A stretch of DNA of 62,313 nt, counting the filler. It is 9 parts of 9 records of this genome, joined end to end, with 100 filler letters (N's around TTAATTAATTAA, not from the genome) between each part and the next. Parts side by side here need not be neighbours in the genome. Positions count along the whole stretch, not along the records: positions 51,593 to 57,106 come from SRR31156797_37205; positions 57,207 to 62,313 come from SRR31156797_37245; 7 more parts are not named here. The stretch is one strand, 5' to 3'. The translations under genes were made by a program, and so were the position numbers. The notes beneath the pieces were generated by a model. That model was given only the letters and a program-made list of their open reading frames with translations. It did no database searches and was not told the origin of the DNA. This document shows, piece by piece, positions 53,721 through 62,313 of this stretch; position 1 is the stretch's first letter, and every line of letters starts with the position of its first letter.

Positions 53721-53955
53721 ACCCGGTTGCTACCTTTGCAAAAGGGAGCCCCGAGATTTCCCTTTTTTCCGCTACCCTCATGTGGGGCGCGGAGAAAAGA
53801 TAATCACTCGCATTCGCAATTAAAGGGCGGGATGCACGATGATGGGCTGACGACGGACGGTTGGCGTCCCCGGAAGGTGGAAAACCCGGTGGGTGTCGGA
53901 AAACAAACGGCCGCCACCGGGCGGCCACAGGCAGGCAGGTTGGCTTAAATAGCGG

Positions 53956-56673
53956 CTATGCGCCCGAAAAATCGGTGAAGTTGTCGTAAGACAGGGTGTC
54001 GGTGTCGAGGCCGGTGAGATCGGCGACCTTGTTCAGTTCGCCGGAATCGACGCCGCCGTTGCCAGCGTCGGCCCAATGCCAAAGGGTCGTATTGCCGGCA
54101 TTGCCGACGGCAATGAAGCGCACGTCGTTGGCGTTCAGTCCCGTTAATCCGAATCCGCCGAGTTCGGTGCTGACTGTTCCGGCGTTGGTTGGGTCCGAAA
54201 CGTCGGAGGTGATGACGAGAACGCCAGAGGACGCACCAACGGCCCCTGTGGCCAACTCCCGATATTCGGTTCCCTCCGTTGCCGAAACGAGAGAGCTGCT
54301 GAAATCGAAGATCGAGCCGCTGCTGTCACCGGTGAAATTGTTTATCGTATCGCCGAATTCCGAGCTTGCCTCGTAATACACCGTGTAGGAGCCGGCGGTA
54401 TTGAGATTGATTGTGTCGCTGCCGTCGCCGCCGCTGAGTTTGCCCGAATACGTCGTTCCGGCCACGACGTTGAAGGTGTCGGCGCCGGCGCCGCCGTTGA
54501 TATCGTCGATTCCGAGGCTGCTCATATCACTGTTGAGATTGAAAGTGTCGGCCAGGCCGGACCCGACATAGTTCTCTATCCCCGTTACGTTGCCGCTGCC
54601 TGAACCGCCATGGGTGACGTTGGCGCTGGAACCGTTGAAATTGAACAGCACCGAAACGGTGAAGTTGCTGCTGCTGAAATTCAGGGTATCGCCGACCGAC
54701 GAGTCGCTGCCGCCGTCGATGGTATTGCCGCTGGTTTCGCCTTCGACATAAATGGTGTCGTCGCCGTCGCCGCCCTTGACCGTGTTGGTGGTGCCGTCGA
54801 CGTAGATGGTGTCGTTGCCGGCGCCGCCGGACAGAGAGTTGATGCCGGCGTCGCCATAGAGTATGTCGTTGCCGGCACCGCCCTGCAAATCGTCGGCGAC
54901 GTTGCTGCCGTAAATGGTGTCGTCACCGCAGCCGCCGAAAACCAGAACAGCGTCGGCGCCGGAGTACCAGTTCAGGGTGCCGCTGCTCCAGTTGATTTCG
55001 TCATTGCCGGTGCTGCCGGCAACGATTATGCCGGTGAAACTGGCCCCGAAGCTGAAGGATATGGGGAAGGCGGCGTCGGCCGATCCGTCGTAGGAGCCGA
55101 AATAGAGCTGTTCCATGTTCTGGAAAGTAACCGTCAGGGCCGCCGTACTGTCGGACAGCGAGGCGGGATCGGAGGAAATGCCGTCCCACATATAGAGCTT
55201 GGAATTGGCTGCATCAAGCCGGCCCGAAACGCTGTGCAACTGATCGAAGGTGATCTGGTCGGTGCCGCCGCCGCCATCCACCGTGTCGACGCCGCCAAGG
55301 CTTCCCGACGGGATGGGATTGTTGTTCGACGCCTGGGCCATGACGAAATTGGTGTTTAACGGACCGCCGAGCAGGGTGTCGTCGCCGCTTGTCGCGGTCA
55401 GAACCTCCTGGAAATCCGTGGTCAGAATCTGGTTGGGATCGTCGGGATCGCCATAGGGGTTGTAGGCGGCAAAGAAGGGAAGATTTCCAAGGGCCGCGCC
55501 GACCAGGCCCTGGATCGTCTGCTGCAGGCCTTCGGCCCCGATACCGCCGGCGAGAATGACATCCTGCACGGTGCCCATGAGATCGGCCATCGCCTGATCG
55601 AAGGCATCGCCCGGGTCGATTCCGTCTTCACCGCCGGGTTCGCCGTCACCGTCGCCGTCCTCTTCGCCGTCGCCCTCGGCTTCTTCGTCGCCGTTGCCTT
55701 CCCCTTCGCCGCCTTCCTCGCCCTGGTCGTCACCACCACTATCGCCGGCGGCCGGTGACGGAGGCAAGGCAGCCAGGGCGTTGCCGAATGCACTGTTGAA
55801 CTCTTCCACCGACATGGTGAAGGTGGTGGATGGCGGCAGGTTCAACCCGGCCACCCGGGTCGCCTGGAAGGGCGCGTTCAAAACCTGCGCGCCGGCGGCG
55901 TTGAAAACGGTAATTTCGCCGACGGTGCCGCCGGCATCCGCCGTCAGGACGACGGTCAGCGTCTCGCCGGCCGGCAGGTTGATGGCGCCGGTGGTGCCGC
56001 GGATGCCGATGACCGCCATCGGCGTTTCGATGGTCATGGCTTCCGGGTCGGTCTTCGAAATCTGGCCGCTGATGAAGGAAAACACGCCCTGCACCAGGGT
56101 TGCCTTGAAGGCGCCTTCCTGTGAGCCGGGGTCGTAGACCATTTCGTCCAGGGTCATGCGGGCGTCTTCGGCCAGCGAAAATGTGCTGTCGTCGACGAAA
56201 ACGATACCGATGGCGCCATCGGGGCTGGTTTCCAGCACATCGCCCTGGAAGACGGGGTCGCCCTTCTGCAGGGCCACTTCGGTTCCATCGGCGCGCTGCG
56301 CGGTGACGGTGCCGTCGACCGTTTCGACCTTGCCGATGGGTTCGACACCGGCCACTGTTGCGGCCTGCGCCAACTGCCCCGGTGCCGCCGGCCCGGCCAG
56401 ACGGGCCGCCAAATCACCAGAAACCGTCGCACCGTCGCCCGAGAGAAGATCGGGAGAGGATTCCTGGGAAAAATAATCCTTAACCAGAACCTGCTCGCCG
56501 CCCTTTCCGGACAGCAGCAGATCCGGCCCCTCGCGAACGAAATCGGCGCCCAGGAACCAGCGCCCGCCGGGCACGACGACGGCATCGCCGGCCAAGGCGT
56601 CGATGACCGAGAACTCTCCGTCCAAAGGGAGAATCTCCACAAAATCGTGGTTCACGGGCGGAACGTGGTTCAA
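53956..56673 (-). CDS. Type-I-secreted RTX protein with a retention-module/FecR-like N-terminus (LapA-like)
   Basis: IGKVETVDGTVTAQRADG...GDPVFQGDVLET, IGIRGT, PAAG + acidic Gly linker, GGxGxDxI nonapeptides, T1SS-like C-terminus; no Sec signal. Confidence 0.85.
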   Translation of the reverse strand: MNHVPPVNHDFVEILPLDGEFSVIDALAGDAVVVPGGRWFLGADFVREGPDLLLSGKGGEQVLVKDYFSQESSPDLLSGDGATVSGDLAARLAGPAAPGQLAQAATVAGVEPIGKVETVDGTVTAQRADGTEVALQKGDPVFQGDVLETSPDGAIGIVFVDDSTFSLAEDARMTLDEMVYDPGSQEGAFKATLVQGVFSFISGQISKTDPEAMTIETPMAVIGIRGTTGAINLPAGETLTVVLTADAGGTVGEITVFNAAGAQVLNAPFQATRVAGLNLPPSTTFTMSVEEFNSAFGNALAALPPSPAAGDSGGDDQGEEGGEGEGNGDEEAEGDGEEDGDGDGEPGGEDGIDPGDAFDQAMADLMGTVQDVILAGGIGAEGLQQTIQGLVGAALGNLPFFAAYNPYGDPDDPNQILTTDFQEVLTATSGDDTLLGGPLNTNFVMAQASNNNPIPSGSLGGVDTVDGGGGTDQITFDQLHSVSGRLDAANSKLYMWDGISSDPASLSDSTAALTVTFQNMEQLYFGSYDGSADAAFPISFSFGASFTGIIVAGSTGNDEINWSSGTLNWYSGADAVLVFGGCGDDTIYGSNVADDLQGGAGNDILYGDAGINSLSGGAGNDTIYVDGTTNTVKGGDGDDTIYVEGETSGNTIDGGSDSSVGDTLNFSSSNFTVSVLFNFNGSSANVTHGGSGSGNVTGIENYVGSGLADTFNLNSDMSSLGIDDINGGAGADTFNVVAGTTYSGKLSGGDGSDTINLNTAGSYTVYYEASSEFGDTINNFTGDSSGSIFDFSSSLVSATEGTEYRELATGAVGASSGVLVITSDVSDPTNAGTVSTELGGFGLTGLNANDVRFIAVGNAGNTTLWHWADAGNGGVDSGELNKVADLTGLDTDTLSYDNFTDFSGA

Positions 56674-56875
56674 CGGAACTCCCGGGCGTTCTTTCGCCTA
56701 TGCTGTTGCACCGTCAGACCGACTCGGCCTGCCCTGCACGGTGCGGTGCCCGGGCTTGGCCGTTTCCTCAATGCGCGATGACCGGATTTTCTCCTTGTTT
56801 TCGCGCTTTCTTGTTTATCGCTCCACTAAGAGCTTTCCATTGAACAATTGATGCCTTTGGCGAGGCGACCGCTTT

Positions 56876-57106
56876 TTATCCTTGAAGGTGGGCGGTGACC
56901 TCGGTGTCGAGTATTCCCATTGCATTCAACAGCGAGAACAGCGCGATCGAGACATCGGTGGCGGCGCTGGCGGCATCGCTGCTTGAATTCACCAGGGTCG
57001 TTTCGGCGGCCAGAACGTCAAGCAGGGAGCGCCGGCCCAATTGCCGTTCCTTGCGGGCCAATTCGAGGAATTCCGCCGCGATGTTCGCCTGGTTCAGCAG
57101 AAGCTC
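56876..57106 (-). CDS. TolC/LapE family outer-membrane channel; 5'-partial
   Basis: RKERQLGRRSLLDVLAAE...LLNAMGIL C-terminal motif. Confidence 0.85.
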   Translation of the reverse strand, partial: ELLLNQANIAAEFLELARKERQLGRRSLLDVLAAETTLVNSSSDAASAATDVSIALFSLLNAMGILDTEVTAHLQG

Positions 57107-57206
57107 NNNNNNNNNNNNNNNNNNNNNNNNNNNNNNNNNNNNNNNNNNNNTTAATTAATTAANNNNNNNNNNNNNNNNNNNNNNNNNNNNNNNNNNNNNN
57201 NNNNNN
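57107..57206. other. Artificial contig linker
   Basis: N44-TTAATTAATTAA-N44. Confidence 0.99.
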
Positions 57207-57765
57207 AAAGCCCCATCTCATGGTTTTCTCCCGGTGCACACAATCCCATCCAGCTCTCCTGTTTTTTCGGGAGATTAAGTCCCGCTTTTCCTTTTGCGGA
57301 ACTGATAATGATTATCTGCTTCAACCTCTGGGTGATGAGGTGTTCTTCGGAAATGAGTAATTGCCCCTTCATCCAGCGGTCTCCCGACAAGTGCAGGATC
57401 GGAATCACAATCCGGGAAAAAATCTCCTCCAGCCCATATCTTTCTTTATTTTTCCAGGCTTCCAGGTACTCCTCGGCTTCCTGGATCTTTCCGTTTCTCA
57501 GCACTTCCAGAAATCCCTCTATGTCAAATCCTATTAATCCCGATGAGGATACGGCTTCTTCCCCTGTGCCCAGGAGAGTCTCGAATGAAAGTCCCAATAC
57601 ACGTGCCAGGGCTGAAATCCGTGCCGGTTTTGGAAATCGTAAACCCCGCTCGTAGTTGGCTATTGTCACCTGGCTGACACCCAGGTGAACGGCCAGTTCA
57701 TTCTGGGTCATTTTCAGTCTCAGCCGGTGGAATTTAACTTTCGCTCCGAATTCCCTATAGTCCAT
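57207..57765 (-). CDS. XRE-HTH regulator fused to a cobalamin-binding module; 3'-partial
   Basis: MTQNELAVHLGVSQVTIANYERG HTH; W-x9-EH (WMKGQLLISEEH); E-x-H-x2-G (GENHEMGL). Confidence 0.88.
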
Positions 57766-57773
57766 ATCTTTAT

Positions 57774-57836
57774 TATAACAAAAAGCTATATTTAAAACAA
57801 ATAATTCTTGATATTGATGCGAATAGTTATTAAAAT
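57774..57836. promoter_or_regulatory. Divergent promoter region with an operator-like palindrome
   Basis: TATAAC-AAAAA-GCTATA (57774-57790); TTGATA-N17-TAAAAT (57808-57836, + strand). Confidence 0.5.
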
Positions 57837-57859
57837 TTATTTATATACTGAAATAAAGA

Positions 57860-58174
57860 ATGCGGGACAACTATAAAATGAGTAAGCATGAATTGAAAGA
57901 TTACAATTTTAATGGAATCAGGATAATTTATATCCCCGGTCGCTATGGTTCGTCTTATCTCCTTTGCGGGGAGTATAATGCTATGATGAATGACAAGGTT
58001 CTCTATGAACAGACAGTTGAACGGTTGAGCGGTTATCCTGTTTTCTCTGTTTTTCCAGGTCACGGTCAACCGGTTCATGGAGCGACGGGTTTATTATCGG
58101 ATTACATCTCATCGGTAGAAGAATGCGGGTTGATCAATAAAACGGGAAACGGGATCCGAAATTCCGTAAAGTGA
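57860..58174 (+). pseudogene. Degenerate C-terminal half of an MBL-fold hydrolase (or a small hypothetical protein)
   Basis: IIYIPGR (expected PGH), LLCGE (expected GD), VFPGHG; no HxHxDH. Confidence 0.5.
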
Positions 58175-58183
58175 GGTTTTATT

Positions 58184-58972
58184 ATGTTTTTTGAATTTGA
58201 TACGTTCAGTCTGGTTTCGACATTCCTTTTAAGTCTGGGAATTCAGATGTTGTTTTTCATTTTTGCGTCTACTTTCAAAACGGATAAATTGACGGATTTT
58301 ACATACAGTCTTTCGTTTATCCTTATTGCTCTGCTGCTGATCTTTCTAAACCAGGCCTATAAGCCGGCCCACCTTATCCTGGGGGGCTTCATTATTATCT
58401 GGGGTCTGCGGTTGGGGGCCTACTTATTTATGAGGATTTTGAAGATTGGAAAAGACGATCGATTTGATGATAAAAGGGGGAATTTTTTAAAGTTTCTCGG
58501 ATTCTGGCTTTTACAGACTGTTACGGTCTGGGCAGTCCTTATCCCCGCATCTGTTTTCCTCTCAACAGTGCGGTCGCCGGAACTCTCTCCCCTTTTTGCC
58601 GTCGGGGCTGTTTTATGGATTATAGGTTTTGTTATTGAAGCTGTCAGTGATGCCCAGAAGTACAGTTTTAAAAATAAAAGCGAAAACCGGGGGCAGTGGA
58701 TAAGCAGCGGCCTCTGGAAATATTCCCGTCATCCCAATTATTTCGGAGAGACTGTCCTGTGGTGGGGTCTTTGTCTTATGGCTTTTTCCGGCCTCTCCCT
58801 GGGTCAGTGGTGGATTCTGGCAGGACCGGCATTCATCACCGTAATGCTTCTCTTTATTTCCGGTATCCCCCTACTGGAGAAGAGTGCCGATGAGAGGTAC
58901 GGAGACCGCGAGGATTATCAGGCGTATAAGAGGAACACAAGCATATTCATCCCCTGGGGGGTGAAGGAGTAG
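58184..58972 (+). CDS. DUF1295 membrane protein (steroid 5-alpha-reductase/ICMT-like)
   Basis: WGLRLG, DDRF, EAVSDAQK, GLWKYSRHPNYFGE, SGIPLLE, TSIFIPW. Confidence 0.92.
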   Translation: MFFEFDTFSLVSTFLLSLGIQMLFFIFASTFKTDKLTDFTYSLSFILIALLLIFLNQAYKPAHLILGGFIIIWGLRLGAYLFMRILKIGKDDRFDDKRGNFLKFLGFWLLQTVTVWAVLIPASVFLSTVRSPELSPLFAVGAVLWIIGFVIEAVSDAQKYSFKNKSENRGQWISSGLWKYSRHPNYFGETVLWWGLCLMAFSGLSLGQWWILAGPAFITVMLLFISGIPLLEKSADERYGDREDYQAYKRNTSIFIPWGVKE

Positions 58973-59620
58973 ATGATCCATATTTTTGATGTGGATCACA
59001 CCCTTTATCGAGGATCCTCGGTCCGGGATTTTCTTCGATGGGGCTTGAGACGCAGAACACTGCCCCTTCGCTTATTCTTGAACCTTCCAGGTCTGATGGC
59101 GGAGAGTCTTGTCAGAGGGGTCTCTGCCCTGCCTTCCTCCCGGCGGTTCCGCGGCTTATCCGGCCTTTCGGAGTCCCAACTTCGGGAGGAGGGGGAGTTG
59201 CTTTTTAAATCGGAGGGTCGGGGGAAAGTGGACTCCGATCTTATGAGTTTTATCGAAGAGCGGATGAAGGCCGGGGACGAGGTTGTTCTTGCGACATCCT
59301 CCTTCGATTTTATTGTCCGGCCCCTGGCAGAACTGCTGGGAGTGGTGAAACTTATAGCGGTGGAACTTGAGTTCGTCGAAGGGTTCAGCACGGGAGCGCT
59401 CAACTCTCGTCCCCCTTTCGGAGTCGGGAAGCTGGAAAGGTTAAGAGAGGTCGCCCTTGAAAGGGGGTGGTCGAAGGAAGAATGCTGCTTCTACACCGAC
59501 AGTTACAGGGACCTGCCCCTTCTGAAGTGGGTTGGAACTCCTGTGGCTGTTAATCCGGACCCCCGTCTGCGGCGGTTGGCCCGGAGGGAGAATTGGATGA
59601 CGAAGGAGGCACTATGCTGA
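58973..59620 (+). CDS. HAD-IB family phosphatase
   Basis: FDVDHTL, LATSS, GVGK, YTDSYRDLPLL...AVNPD. Confidence 0.9.
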   Translation: MIHIFDVDHTLYRGSSVRDFLRWGLRRRTLPLRLFLNLPGLMAESLVRGVSALPSSRRFRGLSGLSESQLREEGELLFKSEGRGKVDSDLMSFIEERMKAGDEVVLATSSFDFIVRPLAELLGVVKLIAVELEFVEGFSTGALNSRPPFGVGKLERLREVALERGWSKEECCFYTDSYRDLPLLKWVGTPVAVNPDPRLRRLARRENWMTKEALC

Positions 59621-60267
59621 ATATTATTATTATTGCTTTTCTATCCTATCTCGTCGGCTCCTTTCCGACAGGGGTTCTGGTCGGGAAAATTGTAAGGAAG
59701 ACAGATATCAGGGAGCACGGCAGCGGGAACACCGGTGCGACGAATTCCTTCCGGGTTCTGGGGCCGGCGGCCGGAAGCATCGTGGCTGTGATCGATTTTA
59801 TGAAAGGGTTTCTGGCCGGGAGTGTTCTGGCGGGGATGCGGATTTTCCCCATGGGGGGAATCCCCGAAACCGTATTCTTTATTACAGCAGTTCTTTTTGT
59901 TGTTGCCGGCCATGTGGCCCCGGTTTTTGCCCGGTTCAAGGGGGGGATGGGTTTCAATTCTGCAGCAGGAGCGTTGACCGCAGGAATACCGCTGCTCGCC
60001 CCTTTTTGTCTGTTGATCTTCCTGTTGACCCTTTCGCTTACCGGTCATGTGGCGATCACAGCGGTTGTGACATCTTTCTTTCTTCCCTTCTGTTATTTTC
60101 TTGTCAGCCGTATTTCACCGACGGTTAATATGGATCCCCTGCTCCTGGGATTTTTTGTGTTCATTTTCATCCTGGTCTCTTTCAGTGTCAGGAAAAAGGC
60201 CCTGGTGTTTCTGAAGGGGGAGGCGGTCCTTTTTGAAAAAGTAATGATATTCCGAAAAAGGAGATAA
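59614..60267 (+). CDS. PlsY-like glycerol-3-phosphate acyltransferase paralog with degenerate motifs 2 and 3
   Basis: SYLVGSFP, DIREHGSGNTGATN, DFMKG, GHVAPVF.RFKGGMG; no HxxNIxRL. Confidence 0.85.
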   Translation: MLNIIIIAFLSYLVGSFPTGVLVGKIVRKTDIREHGSGNTGATNSFRVLGPAAGSIVAVIDFMKGFLAGSVLAGMRIFPMGGIPETVFFITAVLFVVAGHVAPVFARFKGGMGFNSAAGALTAGIPLLAPFCLLIFLLTLSLTGHVAITAVVTSFFLPFCYFLVSRISPTVNMDPLLLGFFVFIFILVSFSVRKKALVFLKGEAVLFEKVMIFRKRR

Positions 60268-60269
60268 TT

Positions 60270-60992
60270 ATGAAAACGATTAAAGTGAGATGGTCCCTGT
60301 ACCTGGGATTCCTTTTCCTGGCGTGTTTCCCCGTCTTCTCCGCCGATTTGTTTGAAGCGCAGGTCTATCGGGAAGGGTCGAACAGGCAGGATTTTCTTTT
60401 TGACTACAGCAATGAGATTTCCCGGGAGGATGGAGAGCTGCTGATGGCTCACAATTACTACTCCCCTGACGGGGGGCTGTCCGCTCGGGAGGAAGTGATT
60501 TTCCGGGGGGGTGAACTCTTTACCCATAAAACGGAATTTTATGACGTACAGGAATTCTCTCTTCTTGAAAAAATCGGGGATGACCTGGAAATTTCTTTCA
60601 GAAAAACAGGAAAAGAAAAAAACAAGAGGATTGAGTACCCGGAAGGGCTGGTTTTCGGGCCTACCCAGCAGGACTTCATTATAGAAAACCTGCCGCGGTT
60701 TAAAGCTGGAGAAAAGTTGGAATTCCTGCTGCCGGTACCGGAATTTACGACAACGACGACCTTTACCATGATTCTGGATGAGCAGGCTTCCTATCAGCAG
60801 GGCGGGGCGATTGTTCTGCGGATGGAAACCCGGAACTTTCTCCTTAGATTTCTTGTAGGAAAAAACTATTTTGTGATTGATGAAACGGACGGGCGGATTC
60901 TGGAAATCCACGGCCCCTCCATCCTGCAGGTAGAGGAGGATGGAAAGTGGGAACTGGTGGATGTGGATATTTATTTCAACTACATTGATTAA
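60270..60992 (+). CDS. Exported hypothetical protein
   Basis: Signal peptide (LFLACFPVFSA); beta-rich; last gene before the terminator. Confidence 0.75.
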   Translation: MKTIKVRWSLYLGFLFLACFPVFSADLFEAQVYREGSNRQDFLFDYSNEISREDGELLMAHNYYSPDGGLSAREEVIFRGGELFTHKTEFYDVQEFSLLEKIGDDLEISFRKTGKEKNKRIEYPEGLVFGPTQQDFIIENLPRFKAGEKLEFLLPVPEFTTTTTFTMILDEQASYQQGGAIVLRMETRNFLLRFLVGKNYFVIDETDGRILEIHGPSILQVEEDGKWELVDVDIYFNYID

Positions 60993-60997
60993 AGACG

Positions 60998-61028
60998 AAT
61001 CAGCCCCCTGTTCAGGGGGCTGATTTTT
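60998..61028 (+). terminator. Rho-independent terminator between convergent genes
   Basis: AATCAGCCCCCTG-TT-CAGGGGGCTGATT + TTT. Confidence 0.85.
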
Positions 61029-61067
61029 AGGAAGGTAGAAGCCTTATAATTTTGATCATCCGGTTAA

Positions 61068-61925
61068 TCAGCGGATGGTGGCTCCCAGAGAAAGGGAGGC
61101 TGTGGCCAGATAGTTTGCAGTTGATTTTTCTACACTATCCGTCCAGTTTTCATAATCATATTCACTCGTCCCCGCTGCACTGCCTCCGAGGAAGCGGACG
61201 TTCATAAAGATATCAAGATTATTTTTCATCTGCCATCCGGCTCTCAAAGAGGCATCGAGGATCGAGCCTTCGAAATCGAAATCGGCCCCGTTTATAAAGG
61301 CTGATGAGGCGTAAAGCCCTGTTATATCTGTCAACAGGTAGAGTCCATTGTCAAAACCGTATCTTCCAAAAAGGTGTACTGCCGGTACGGGACCCAGATT
61401 CTGGCTCACTGTCATCTGATCGCCGGATAATTCCTTGAACACAAGGGAGGCGTTCCTGAGCTGAAGCGCGGCACCTACACCGAGGTCCATTTTTTCTCCT
61501 TCCAGAAAGTCATACCCGTAGGTCAGGCGGTAGAACGGAAAACCATAGGAGATTTCCATAGGAGTATTCGCACTGAAGGTGACATCATCGATAATGACAT
61601 CCTCTTTGAATGTGACTTCCGTTATCAGTTCCAGCGGTTGATAGAGAAAAGAAAGACGGTGTTTTCCACCGATCACGAAGCCTGCGTTGTACCTTTCAAA
61701 GGGGTAGAGGATCTCCTGTCCGCCCTGGCTGACATAATCAAATGTCGTCCCGGTCCCCTCGGTTTCAGAACCGATCAGGATTGTATGTTTGAAAATTTTA
61801 AGGGTTCCCAGTTCCGCCTCAAGGAAAACCTTGACCGGCGAATCATCATTGTTCAGGTATGATTCTTCTGCTGTGAGCGGCAGGAATGTTACAAAAATTA
61901 ATAAGATTGCTAGATACTTTTTCAT
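61068..61925 (-). CDS. Exported hypothetical protein, probable outer-membrane beta-barrel
   Basis: GGAGG RBS + MKKYLAILL signal peptide; amphipathic strands (YRLTYGYDF, VHLFGRYGF, ASLRAGWQ, ASLSLGATIR). Confidence 0.7.
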   Translation of the reverse strand: MKKYLAILLIFVTFLPLTAEESYLNNDDSPVKVFLEAELGTLKIFKHTILIGSETEGTGTTFDYVSQGGQEILYPFERYNAGFVIGGKHRLSFLYQPLELITEVTFKEDVIIDDVTFSANTPMEISYGFPFYRLTYGYDFLEGEKMDLGVGAALQLRNASLVFKELSGDQMTVSQNLGPVPAVHLFGRYGFDNGLYLLTDITGLYASSAFINGADFDFEGSILDASLRAGWQMKNNLDIFMNVRFLGGSAAGTSEYDYENWTDSVEKSTANYLATASLSLGATIR

Positions 61926-62005
61926 TGCGTCCTCCGGATAGTTTGTTTTATCAAACATAGTAAGGTCTATATACAAAGTCCAGCGAAAATTTTTTTGAAT
62001 CTCTA

Positions 62006-62313
62006 TCAATAGGAAATAAGAGTGGTTTCCAGCCTCCGGATAACGGGCTCGTCCAGTGAGGGAGAGCGTCCGGAAATCTTCTCGAGGAGAAGGCGGGAGG
62101 CCTCCCTGCCCATTTCTTTCATCGGCTGGGCCACGGTCAGACCGGAGAACCCCAGGATGGGAGAGAGGGTCATGTCGTCAAAGCTGGCAATATGAACCTG
62201 GGGAGCCGGATTTCCAAAACCGTGGGTGGTCAGATATTTGGTGGCTCCCACATGCATGAAATAATTGGCGATGAAGACATGGGAGGGCCGGGGCGACTGG
62301 GACATCAACTCCT
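62006..62313 (-). CDS. LacI family regulator C-terminus; 5'-partial
   Basis: IASFDD, LTVAQPMKEMGREASRLLLEKI. Confidence 0.85.
   Translation of the reverse strand, partial: ELMSQSPRPSHVFIANYFMHVGATKYLTTHGFGNPAPQVHIASFDDMTLSPILGFSGLTVAQPMKEMGREASRLLLEKISGRSPSLDEPVIRRLETTLISY

Noticed and set aside
61940-61990. Possible CarH-type operator upstream of the beta-barrel gene
   Set aside because: The similar words are 13-18 nt apart, not the 11-nt period expected.

Overview
This is not one locus. It is nine unrelated contigs joined by artificial 100-nt linkers (44 N + TTAATTAATTAA + 44 N), so gene context only counts within a contig. (1) 1-7788: two Mo/W-bisPGD oxidoreductase + Fe-S pairs around a sigma54 activator; one is a pyrogallol transhydroxylase (AthL/BthL)-like enzyme with an extra N-terminal domain. 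(2) 7889-18032: a PEP-CTERM protein, a 2-aminoethylphosphonate uptake/catabolism operon (LysR, ABC transporter, phnX, deleted pbfA, phnW) and other decayed genes. (3) 18133-23376: YqeY, hrpB, a pseudouridine synthase and a cytochrome b. (4) 23477-31834: AT-rich surface proteins (PEGA, FN3 lipoprotein, LamG/GLUG/FG-GAP mosaic). (5) 31935-37776: an acyl-CoA catabolic operon. (6) 37877-44770: gdhA preceded by an atypical NarL regulator coupled to a 1384-aa GAF-like/receiver/PPDK-type ATP-grasp protein, the best candidate here for an undescribed signalling system. (7) 44871-51492: mltG, U32, QueG-like, then rpmH-rnpA-yidD-yidC-jag with a structured rpmH leader. (8) 51593-57106: TolC, a LapA-like RTX protein and a LapG-like protease. 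(9) 57207-62313: an XRE-HTH/B12-binding (CarH-motif) regulator divergent from a DUF1295/HAD/degenerate-PlsY lipid operon. All family calls come from motifs recognised by eye; no searches were run.
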